From an uncultured Chloroflexia bacterium (GTDB lineage Bacteria > Chloroflexota > Limnocylindria > Limnocylindrales > CSP1-4), in NCBI GenBank assembly GCA_963713975.1, contig OY970218.1:416001-480000 (forward strand): a DNA stretch of 64,000 nucleotides, read 5' to 3'. The notes beneath the pieces are model-generated. The model was not told where the DNA came from. It saw only the letters and a list, made by a program, of their open reading frames with translations, and searched no databases. The position numbers and the translations under genes are program-made. Below are positions 18,179 to 26,178 of this stretch, piece by piece; position 1 is the first letter of the stretch, and the number at the start of each line of letters is the position of its first letter.

Positions 18179-19219
18179 CTACTGGGTCGTGACCGGGAGG
18201 ACGAGGTCCGGGTGGATCGCCTGGGCGAGGGCCCGGATGCCGTCAGCGAGCCGGGGGCCGGGGCGCGTGACGATCACGTCGTCGATCGGGCGGACGTCAC
18301 CGTTCTTTACCGCGCTCAGCGTCTCCCAGCCGGATCGGGCCGCAACCTGGTCGGGGGTGACGCCGTACGCCGCATCGCCGAGGAGGATCACCTCGGGGTC
18401 GAACGACAGGATCTTCTCGGAGTCGATCTGGTAGACGCCGTCCGTGCCGCTGGTCAGCGGATCACCGCCGGCGACGCGGATCATCTCGGTCCCGAAGTAG
18501 TCGGGCGCCGGACCGAAGTAGCCGCTCGAGGCGTCGAGCTCGTAGAAGACACGCGCGGTGGGCTGGTCCGCAACCGCGGTGGCGACGTCGGCGAACGCCG
18601 CCTCGATGTCGTTGGTGATCGCACCCGCCTCCGTCTCGCGGCCGACCGCGCGGCCGATGAGCCCGATGTCGTCCAGGGCCGTCGAGATGTCCGGGGCGAA
18701 GACCACCAGCACGGGAACGCCGAGCGAGCGCAGCTTCGCGATCGCGTCCGGCGGGTTGAAGTTGTCGCCGCCGGCGATCACGAGGTCAGTGCCCAGGGAC
18801 ACGATCTTCTCGACGTCCACGGAGCCGTACTTCGCCACGTCCGGCACCGCCGCGGCCTCGGGCGGATAGACGCTGAAGTCCTCGACCTTGCCGACCAGGC
18901 GGTCTCCCACGCCCAATGCGAACAGCGTCTCGGTGGCCGCTGGCGTGAGCGAGACGATCTTCATCGGCTCCGCCGGGATCAGGGCCGTGCCGCCCTCGTC
19001 ATCGGCGAGCTCGACCGGGAACGCCGGGGTCTCGGTGGGGGCGGCGGTGGCGACTGCGGCGGGCGACGGGGATGACACAGCGGGTGTCGCAGCGGCGGGC
19101 GTCGCTGGCGCAGGTGTGGCGGCGGGTGTCGCCGAGCAGGCGCCGAGCGCGACGGCCAGCAGGAGGCCGGACAGGACAGCGATCAGGCCGGTGGTTCGGC
19201 CCGTACGACGGGTCGACAT
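18179..19219 (-). CDS. btuF: Cobalamin-binding lipoprotein (BtuF-like)
   Basis: Lipobox LGAC; KIVSLTPAATETLFALG, EKIVSL and RPGPRLADG; lies downstream of the cobalamin riboswitch. Confidence 0.88.
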   Translation of the reverse strand: MSTRRTGRTTGLIAVLSGLLLAVALGACSATPAATPAPATPAAATPAVSSPSPAAVATAAPTETPAFPVELADDEGGTALIPAEPMKIVSLTPAATETLFALGVGDRLVGKVEDFSVYPPEAAAVPDVAKYGSVDVEKIVSLGTDLVIAGGDNFNPPDAIAKLRSLGVPVLVVFAPDISTALDDIGLIGRAVGRETEAGAITNDIEAAFADVATAVADQPTARVFYELDASSGYFGPAPDYFGTEMIRVAGGDPLTSGTDGVYQIDSEKILSFDPEVILLGDAAYGVTPDQVAARSGWETLSAVKNGDVRPIDDVIVTRPGPRLADGIRALAQAIHPDLVLPVTTQ

Positions 19220-19270
19220 GCGATTGAGGCTTGGGCGTGCGTCCACGGGAACTCCGACAACGGGTTGGAA

Positions 19271-19312
19271 GGAAACAGAAGACCCCTCGCTTCGGGGGAC
19301 GAAGCAGGGGTC
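19271..19312 (-). terminator. Intrinsic terminator/attenuator in the btuF leader
   Basis: Minus strand reads GACCCCT-GCTTCG-tcccc-CGAAGC-g-AGGGGTC followed by TTCTGTTTCC. Confidence 0.75.
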
Positions 19313-19365
19313 AGGCGGTGGATCGCACGGGTTACGCCTGACCTTTCTCTCGAAGGCTCGAGCGG

Positions 19366-19475
19366 CGACGGCAGGTCGGCGACCGGACTTCCGCCCCATC
19401 GGGGCGGTCACCGTAGCGGGACTGTGCCGGAGTCACACCGGCTTCGCGACCAAACCGCGTCGGTTCTGCAGGGAC
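19366..19475 (-). ncRNA. Cobalamin (B12) riboswitch, compact form
   Basis: Minus strand reads GCGAAGCCGGTGTGACTCCGGCACAGTCCCGCTACGGTGA...AAGTCCGGTCGCCGACCTGCC, matching the B12-element core. It precedes btuFCD; a TG-n-TACGCT extended -10 lies at 19502..19510. Confidence 0.88.
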
Positions 19476-19592
19476 CGCGAGGGCCCCGGTTGATGGGACG
19501 GAGCGTACCACTCCGCTCCGGCCCGGATACACGGATGTGGTACCCACCCCCGATCCCCACCTGCATCAGACCACGCTCGGAGGCGTCAAGGT

Positions 19593-19645
19593 GATGCGGC
19601 TGTGGATCGGATCGCGCGGCGGCGAGCGTCGCGGCGTCCGCCAAC
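19593..19645 (+). repeat. 53-nt dispersed repeat, copy A (copy B at 52944..52996)
   Basis: 24 identical nt GATGCGGCTGTGGATCGGATCGCG, 46/53 identity overall, no gaps. Confidence 0.8.
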
Positions 19646-19970
19646 GGCGCTTCGCCTCCTGCACCGCTCCGAGTTCGCGAAGGCGGACAAGCAGTACCGC
19701 GAGACGCTCGATGAACTTGGGCAGGGCAGAGCCGCCGATGCGATCACCGATGCTGGCGCCACCCTGCAAGAGGTTCTTGAAGCCCTCCGGTCCGAAGGCA
19801 ACCAACTTGGCGATCTCACGGAATTGGCGAGGAAGAAGGGCCTGCTTGGCGCGCACGACACGTCACTCGTCGATGCCATCGAGAAGACGATGAACTGGTC
19901 GCCGCCGACCGCAGCGAGATGGGCGATGCCCTCCACGCGACGGAGAGGGCAAGCGCGCAGCAGATGCGGG
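19644..19970 (+). pseudogene. 5'-truncated, frameshifted remnant of an abortive-infection (Abi_C/HEPN-like) family protein
   Basis: ALRLLHRSEFAKADKQYRETLDELGQGRAADAITDAGATLQEVLEAL...GNQLGDL..LARKKGLLGAHD...IEKTMNW, then a frameshift to VAADRSEMGDALH. No credible start codon. Family assigned from recalled resemblance only. Confidence 0.5.
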
Positions 19971-20080
19971 GCCCACGTTGGACGGCCGTGCCCGAGATCG
20001 ACAACCCGCCTGCCGGCAGCGCACCCACCGCGACGTCGGACGGTTCTCGCCGAGAGTGCTGGGACCAGCCGCCTTGGGGG

Positions 20081-21166
20081 TCAGCGCCGATCGCGGAACG
20101 TTCGTGCCGTCGCTCGAAACACGTCGATCAACGTGGCGGCGTCCTTCGCTTCGACCTTGCCCACCATCAGGACGTAGCCCTGATCTCCCGCCAGCAAGAC
20201 GCTGTAGATGGAGATCGCCCTGCCATCATCCGCTCGCTTCGCGGTCGCCGTCAGCTCGACCCCCTCGCGCCCATCAATCGTGACCGGAGTGGCACTGGTG
20301 ACGGTCAGGTCCACGACCTCGGGCAGTTGCCCGAGTCGTTGGCGCGCGAACGTCTCGAGGTCGCCCACGGGCACGTCCCCGATAGATGGTGCGACGACCA
20401 GGGTTGGCTCCTTCGGGTCCGCCGACGGGGTCTGACCGCTGGTGTTGAGAAGAAGGGCGTTGGCAACCGTTCCAGCGCGCCTGAGCGGGGCAACCGGATC
20501 GATCTCGAACGTGAGACCGTCCGATGCGCCGGTCGAACCCTCGGGATCGAACACGACGCCGCGAAGCGCGGTTTCGATGAGGCCCCGCAGCTCCTGGTCC
20601 CCGTCGGGCCAAGCGCCGTTCACCAGGGCGGTTAGCTCGCTCGTGCCCACGACGAGCATCCAGCGTCCGAAGTCGCCCGCCGCCGTTGTCTGGGTGCCCT
20701 CGATAAGGAGGGCCTGACGGCCGTTCAGGGTCATGTCGCTACGCTCAATGAGCGTGATGCCCTTGCTCGCCAATCCCTCGGGCGTCAAACCGGCAGTGAC
20801 CTCGGCGAAGGGCCCGGGCAGCTCGGCCACCAGAATGGAGGAGCCGGACGCCGCCTCCTGAAAGCCTGGGAAGCTGCTCGCCACTTCCCATCCGGGGGGA
20901 GGCACGAGCGAGACGTGGCTCCCGGGGACGCCGACTACGCCATCAGGTGTGGCAGGCGCGACTGGGCCGTCTGAAGGCTCGCCCGAAGCTGGTGCTGGGA
21001 TGTCCGAGCGTGTAGGGGTCGCCACGGGCTGTGTGGAACCCTGACTGGGACCGATCGCGGTGCCGCCACAGTTGGCGACGACGATGATCGTCAACGAGAT
21101 CGCTGCGGTGCCTCGCAGCCGCCTTCTGACGCCCAGAAGTCTGCGGTCTCCGCGGCGCAGTGACAT
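20081..21166 (-). CDS. Hypothetical lipoprotein with two PsbP/DcrB-like beta-sandwich domains
   Basis: Signal ending VVANC, a Pro-rich linker, VSLVPPPGW and two similar segments (MTLNGRQALLIEG / VTIDGREGVELTA). Visibly more A/T at third codon positions than its neighbours. Confidence 0.7.
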   Translation of the reverse strand: MSLRRGDRRLLGVRRRLRGTAAISLTIIVVANCGGTAIGPSQGSTQPVATPTRSDIPAPASGEPSDGPVAPATPDGVVGVPGSHVSLVPPPGWEVASSFPGFQEAASGSSILVAELPGPFAEVTAGLTPEGLASKGITLIERSDMTLNGRQALLIEGTQTTAAGDFGRWMLVVGTSELTALVNGAWPDGDQELRGLIETALRGVVFDPEGSTGASDGLTFEIDPVAPLRRAGTVANALLLNTSGQTPSADPKEPTLVVAPSIGDVPVGDLETFARQRLGQLPEVVDLTVTSATPVTIDGREGVELTATAKRADDGRAISIYSVLLAGDQGYVLMVGKVEAKDAATLIDVFRATARTFRDRR

Positions 21167-21505
21167 TGCCCCTACCCCCCTTCGGCCAGCACGTTCGCTC
21201 TCTCGGGAAAGCTCGGCTCGATTGTAGGCGCTGGCGCTCGTGGCCCGAAGGTCGTACTGCCGACAGCACATCCCTGCCCCAAGTGGCGCGCCAACCGAAA
21301 GCTGGACGGGCCACGCCATGTCCCCACCGCGTCCGCGCTTCCTACCGGTCTCATCCAGGCCTCATAGCCGCGTCGTTGGTGGGTCCGGCGGTCGCTGCAC
21401 CTACCGACGATCCGGCGCGTAAGTGGCAGGTAATCGGTCATGTCGATCATGGCCATCTCGCCCTCCTCCCGCCCACGAGCCAATCCCGCCGGAGGAGGTA
21501 CCTCG

Positions 21506-22606
21506 ATGGAGGCGCTTCGGTGGATCCGGATCACCCCCCTCGCGATCATGCTCGCCGCAGGCGCGATCGGCCCGGGCAAGCCCGTGCTCTCGGCGGTTGG
21601 AGATCCGCCGTGGGACCCGCCCCCGTGTCCGGGGACGGTGACCGGTGACGCGCGCGCGGGCATCGGCGCCTGGTACCGGCTGGACCCGCTGCTGGACCAG
21701 GCCGGGACGCTGGTCGGACAGCACCTCGCCATCGGAGCGGACGGCGCTCCGGAGCGCTGGCTGGACCTGGCCCCGGAGGCGTTCGCATCGGGACCGGTCG
21801 GCGGGCTGGTGGTCATGGGCGAGGACGACGGCGCGACCTCGAGCCTGCGGCTGCTGGACCCGGCCCGGGGCTGCGCCACGACCATGGCCACTGAGACCGA
21901 CGTGATCCGGAGCGCCGTCATGGCCGCCGACGGGCGGTCGACCTACGAGCACCGTGTGGATCGGGCGACCCGGAGCGACCTGGGTGTCTGGCGCCGGCAG
22001 GTCGACCGGAACGGCGGTGGCGCGACGATGACCGCGGTCCGCGTCCTGGATGGCCTGGCACCGGACCGCACGCTGGGGCGGGCCTTCGCGACGGACCTGG
22101 TCGCGGCACCGGACGGCCGGCTCGTGGTGAGCTCCTGCGCGGAGCGCGCGTGCCGGGTGCGTGTCCTTGATGCCGGGGGCGGGACGCCGGACCCGGTCGA
22201 AGGCGTCGGGCCGGCCCTCGGCGTGACGGGCGGGCGGCTGATCGTCCGTGAGGCCTGCCAGGGGCTGCCCTGCGCGGTGGTGGCGGTGGATCTCGTCGAC
22301 GGCCGGCGCTCGACGCTGGTCGCGGCAGCCGGCGCGGCCGCGCTCGGTGGCCGGGACAACGCCGAGCTGGTGTATGCGGACCCGGACGGCCGGGTCTCGA
22401 CCGTGAACGCCTTGACGGGCCGCCGGGGCCCGCTGGCCTCGACCCGGGACTGGCCCCTCCGCGCCGGCTCTACGGCGACGAGCGGCGTGGAGGAACCGCC
22501 CGGCATCGTGGCCGTGGGTCCGGGAGGACGCGTGGACGGTGGCCCCCACCTCGGGTTCGATCCCGAGCGCGGTACGACCGTCGTGATCGGGAAGGAAGGA
22601 TCGTGA
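21506..22606 (+). CDS. Secreted hypothetical protein, probable beta-propeller (TolB-like)
   Basis: GGAGGAGG SD, N-terminal signal-like stretch, blade-like repeats (MAADGRSTY, AAPDGRLVV, ADPDGRV) and several Cys pairs. First gene of a 3-gene overlapping operon. Confidence 0.72.
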   Translation: MEALRWIRITPLAIMLAAGAIGPGKPVLSAVGDPPWDPPPCPGTVTGDARAGIGAWYRLDPLLDQAGTLVGQHLAIGADGAPERWLDLAPEAFASGPVGGLVVMGEDDGATSSLRLLDPARGCATTMATETDVIRSAVMAADGRSTYEHRVDRATRSDLGVWRRQVDRNGGGATMTAVRVLDGLAPDRTLGRAFATDLVAAPDGRLVVSSCAERACRVRVLDAGGGTPDPVEGVGPALGVTGGRLIVREACQGLPCAVVAVDLVDGRRSTLVAAAGAAALGGRDNAELVYADPDGRVSTVNALTGRRGPLASTRDWPLRAGSTATSGVEEPPGIVAVGPGGRVDGGPHLGFDPERGTTVVIGKEGS

Positions 22607-23634
22607 ACGTGACGCGGAAGCAGCGGCGGGTGCCGGCGGGGATCGTGGGGATTGTGACGGCCATCCTGGTGGCCGGGCACGTCCTCGCGGCGACACCGGA
22701 TCCGTTCATGGGCAACCCGTTCAACCAGAACCAGGAGCTCGACTACCGGTGGGGCGCCGGCGGCACCCCGCCGGCCGCGATGAGGACCGCGATCAACGCC
22801 GCGGCGGACGACTCGAACGCATCCCGGCGCAGCAAGGCACCCGTGTTCGACTTCGCCAGCGGTGCCAGCAACACCATCTACTACGGCGTCGACGTCCCGT
22901 GCGGCGTCAACGGGCTTGCCTGCTTCCGGCGCGATGCACCGGACTGGTTCGGGATCTGGCTGCGCGAGGACGGCCATCGCTACGATTGGGGCGTCCTGCG
23001 CTGGTGTGAGGTGGCGGGTGATCCCAACGGGTGCTACGACGCCGAGAACATCACGCTCGACGAGCTCGGTCATGTGCTTGGCTTGGATCACCACGTCAAC
23101 AAGTCCGACGACAGCGACTACGGCGACGCCGTCGTCCAGACCTACTCGAGGACGAAGCCCAAGGCGTTCTACGATGCGCACGTGTTCGGACGCTGCGACG
23201 TGGCCACCCTCCAGCAGGTGTACGACGTCGCGAACTCCACCACCCCCTACAGCACCTGCCTGGACGTGCCGACCGAGCTCTCCATCTCGGCCTCGAAGAC
23301 GACTGTCGTGGCGGGATCGATGGTGACGTTCACCGCCAGCCTCGGCAGCAGCGGGACCGGAAGGCTGTCGAACAACCTGATCTCGAGCCGCGTGGTTGTG
23401 CTCCAGCAGCGTGGTGCCTCGGGCTGGTCCGACGTGCTGACGATGAAGGCCGGATCATCGGCCGGCACCTACTCGGCCTCGCTCACGATGCGGGCGACCA
23501 CGGAGCTGCGGGCACTGTTCCGCAAGCCATCGGGGGAGGGCCTCAGGACCTCCTCGTCCGCGTCGACCCGAGTGACCGTCACGGCGGCCTGCACGGGGCT
23601 GTGCCCGCAGTCCAACCCTGGCCCCGTCCAATGA
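22603..23634 (+). CDS. Secreted matrixin/metzincin-like protein with a variant zinc motif and a C-terminal Ig-like domain
   Basis: Signal peptide; YDAENITLDELGHVLGLDH; CDVATLQQVY; C-terminal beta-rich domain. GTGA overlap with the upstream gene. Confidence 0.78.
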   Translation: MNVTRKQRRVPAGIVGIVTAILVAGHVLAATPDPFMGNPFNQNQELDYRWGAGGTPPAAMRTAINAAADDSNASRRSKAPVFDFASGASNTIYYGVDVPCGVNGLACFRRDAPDWFGIWLREDGHRYDWGVLRWCEVAGDPNGCYDAENITLDELGHVLGLDHHVNKSDDSDYGDAVVQTYSRTKPKAFYDAHVFGRCDVATLQQVYDVANSTTPYSTCLDVPTELSISASKTTVVAGSMVTFTASLGSSGTGRLSNNLISSRVVVLQQRGASGWSDVLTMKAGSSAGTYSASLTMRATTELRALFRKPSGEGLRTSSSASTRVTVTAACTGLCPQSNPGPVQ

Positions 23635-24206
23635 CCACGCGGCGTCTGGCACTCGTGCTGTGCGGCGTCCTGGCAGCCCTTCTGGCAGCCGGGTGCACTG
23701 CCGCGGCGGGCCCGTCGGCGACGGCGCGGCCGGTTGAGGCGACATCCGAGCCTGCGATGGAGGAAACGGCCGGCCCTGGGATCGAGACGGCGTCCCCCGC
23801 CCCGCTCCTGCCAACCATCGATCCGGGCGACACTGCCGGCCCGCCGGTAGCCACGCTCGCCGGCCCCGGCGGTGCGCCCGTCGACGGGATGCTGGGGAGT
23901 TACACCTGGGACGACGCGGGCTCGGACGCACCGTGGCTCGTTCCGCCGGTCGGGCAGGCAATCCGTGGGCCGGGACCGTTCGCGGTGGCGTTCTCGCCGG
24001 ACCTCGCCGCGGCGTCCTGGACGGCCCGCTGGGCGCCGGTCGTGGACGGTGTGGCGGACGAGCCGGCCCTGTCGTCGTCGGGCGGTCCCGGGCGGATCCT
24101 CGTCCCTGCTCCGGGCGGACAGGGCACGTGGAGCCTCCAGCTGGACGTCAGCTTCGCCGACGGCGGACGGGCCGCCTGGTACTGGAGGCTCGGCCCGGTT
24201 CCGTGA
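23631..24206 (+). CDS. Hypothetical lipoprotein
   Basis: Lipobox LAAGC, Pro-rich linker, GMLGSYTW and AAWYWRL C-terminus. ATGA overlap with the upstream gene. Confidence 0.75.
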   Translation: MTTRRLALVLCGVLAALLAAGCTAAAGPSATARPVEATSEPAMEETAGPGIETASPAPLLPTIDPGDTAGPPVATLAGPGGAPVDGMLGSYTWDDAGSDAPWLVPPVGQAIRGPGPFAVAFSPDLAAASWTARWAPVVDGVADEPALSSSGGPGRILVPAPGGQGTWSLQLDVSFADGGRAAWYWRLGPVP

Positions 24207-24221
24207 CGCCCTGGAATCGAA

Positions 24222-24249
24222 CCGCCGCCGGCCTTGGGGCCGGCGGCGG
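24222..24249. terminator. Perfect 12-bp GC hairpin between convergent genes
   Basis: CCGCCGCCGGCC-TTGG-GGCCGGCGGCGG, with no U-tract. Confidence 0.6.
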
Positions 24250-24264
24250 GCTCGCCGGGAACGC

Positions 24265-24543
24265 TCAGGCGGTTGCCCCGGCGGGCACAGCGTTGAAGAT
24301 CGAGACCTGCGCCTCCTCGGGCAGCATCACGCCGAAGATCTTCTGCAATGCGAGGAGGTGCACGCAGGAGCCCCAACTCTCGAAGTAGTGGCACGTGCAG
24401 TGCCACTGGCCGGCGTCGAGGCTGACGTGATGGGTGTCGTTGTCACCACGGAACGTCAGGGCGACACGCTCGAGCGAGATGCGGTCCAGCTCACGAGCGT
24501 AGCGATTCGCCTTCTCGACCTTGCCGATGAGAGAGGAGTGCAT
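24265..24543 (-). CDS. Small SWIM zinc-finger protein
   Basis: WHCTC-x8-CVH (CxC...CxH); GGAGG SD; upstream TG-TAGGCT -10-like element. Confidence 0.85.
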   Translation of the reverse strand: MHSSLIGKVEKANRYARELDRISLERVALTFRGDNDTHHVSLDAGQWHCTCHYFESWGSCVHLLALQKIFGVMLPEEAQVSIFNAVPAGATA

Positions 24544-24696
24544 CGCCGATCTACCTCCAGTCGCCCTCTATGGGGCGTCCACGAGGGCCGCCGTCCGGTC
24601 GGACCCGCGGGCCGGTGATGGCGGTCGCACAGTCGAAGCCTACACCCCCGGCGGCCGGCGGTCAGCCCCGCAATTCGTCCCGTTCCGCGTGGGGCG

Positions 24697-26178
24697 TCAG
24701 CCGCCCCTGACGACCCGTTCGCCCAGCAGCACGAGCTCGTCGCGGAGCTCCGGTGAGCTGGCCTCGGTGTAGACCCTCACGAGCGGCTCCGTGCCGCTGG
24801 CGCGGACCAGCAGCCAGGACCCGTCGGCGAGGAACCACTTGAAGCCGTCGTTGGTGGACAGGACCTGGGTGCGGACGATCGGCTCGCCGGCGAGCTCGGC
24901 GGGCGGCTGGTCGCGGAGCTCGCCCAGGACCCGCGCCTTGACCGCCTCGTACGAGGGACGGTCGAAGTGGACGTCGATGCGGCGGTAGAACGAGGGTCCG
25001 GCCAACTCGTGGAACAGCTCCACGGCTCGCGAGACAGGCCAGTTGCCGCGTGCCTTCTCCCTGAGGAACAGGTCCAGGAGCATGAGGTCCGCGTAGATCC
25101 CGTCGCGCTCGGGCAGGTGCATCCCGAACCCGTAGCCGCCCGACTCCTCGGCCCCCATCATCGCCCCGGTCTCGATCATCCTGGGCCCGATGAACTTGAA
25201 GCCGACCGGGACCTCATGGGTCTCGATACCGTAGTGCTCTCCGAGATGTGCCGCCGTGGAGGTGTTGTTCACGCTGACCACGACGGGATCGCGCATGCCG
25301 CGATGCTCGGCGAGGTAGTACATCAGGAGCCCGGTGACCTCGAGCTGGTGCAGGAACGTGCCACGCTCGTCCGCCGCGCCGGCGCGGTCGGCGTCACCAT
25401 CGAGCAGCAGGCCGAGGTCGTAGGCGCCGTCGGCCATCATCGCCAGCGCCTGGTCCACGTGCGGCCTGATCGGCTCCGGGTTGACGCCGCCGAAGTACGG
25501 GTTGCGCTCGCTGTGGATCTCGGTGACGCGGATCCGGCCACCCGCCAGCAGCCGCGGGATCCAGCCCGAGCCGGAGCCGTACAGCGGCTCGACCAGGACG
25601 GAGGCATCCGCGGCCTTGAGCTCGTCGAGGTCGATCGTCCGCCGCACGAACTGCTCGTACCCATCGAACGGGTCGAACCGCTCGACCATGCCGGCGGCCT
25701 CGGCATCCGCGAACGGACGACGCCCGATGGCCCGGCCGGCGTTGGCGACGATGCCCGCCTCGACGACCGAGAGGATGTCGGCGCCGGCCGCCGCGCCCGT
25801 GGGCGCCTTGATCTTGAAGCCGTTGTCGGTCCACGGGTTGTGCGATGCGGTGATCACGACGCCGGCAGCAGCACCGCGTTGCACGACCTCGAAGGAGCTC
25901 ATCTGGGTGGGCATCGCGGTCTCGCCAAAGGCGACAGGGATGCCGTACGCGAGGAGGACCTCGGCGGCCGCCATCGCGAAGTGCTCCGAGGCGAACCGCC
26001 GGTCGTAGGCGAGGACCACGCCCTTCGCCTCGGCCCCCATGCCCACCACGTAGCGAGCGACGCCGTCCGCGCAGCGGCGCACGTTCTCGAACGTGTACTC
26101 ATCCGCGACGCGAGCCCGCCAGCCGTCGGTGCCGAACACGATGCGGGTAGGAGTGGACGCCTCCACCTGGTTGGTCAC
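24697..26178 (-). CDS. manB: Phosphoglucomutase/phosphomannomutase
   Basis: FGTDGWR, TASHNP (phosphoserine), DGDADR, AEESGG, RASGTEP. Confidence 0.92.
   Translation of the reverse strand: MTNQVEASTPTRIVFGTDGWRARVADEYTFENVRRCADGVARYVVGMGAEAKGVVLAYDRRFASEHFAMAAAEVLLAYGIPVAFGETAMPTQMSSFEVVQRGAAAGVVITASHNPWTDNGFKIKAPTGAAAGADILSVVEAGIVANAGRAIGRRPFADAEAAGMVERFDPFDGYEQFVRRTIDLDELKAADASVLVEPLYGSGSGWIPRLLAGGRIRVTEIHSERNPYFGGVNPEPIRPHVDQALAMMADGAYDLGLLLDGDADRAGAADERGTFLHQLEVTGLLMYYLAEHRGMRDPVVVSVNNTSTAAHLGEHYGIETHEVPVGFKFIGPRMIETGAMMGAEESGGYGFGMHLPERDGIYADLMLLDLFLREKARGNWPVSRAVELFHELAGPSFYRRIDVHFDRPSYEAVKARVLGELRDQPPAELAGEPIVRTQVLSTNDGFKWFLADGSWLLVRASGTEPLVRVYTEASSPELRDELVLLGERVVRGG

Noticed and set aside
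19040-19140. PAAT/PAPAT-type repeats in BtuF and other lipoproteins
   Set aside because: These are ordinary low-complexity linkers after the lipobox, not DNA-level repeat elements.
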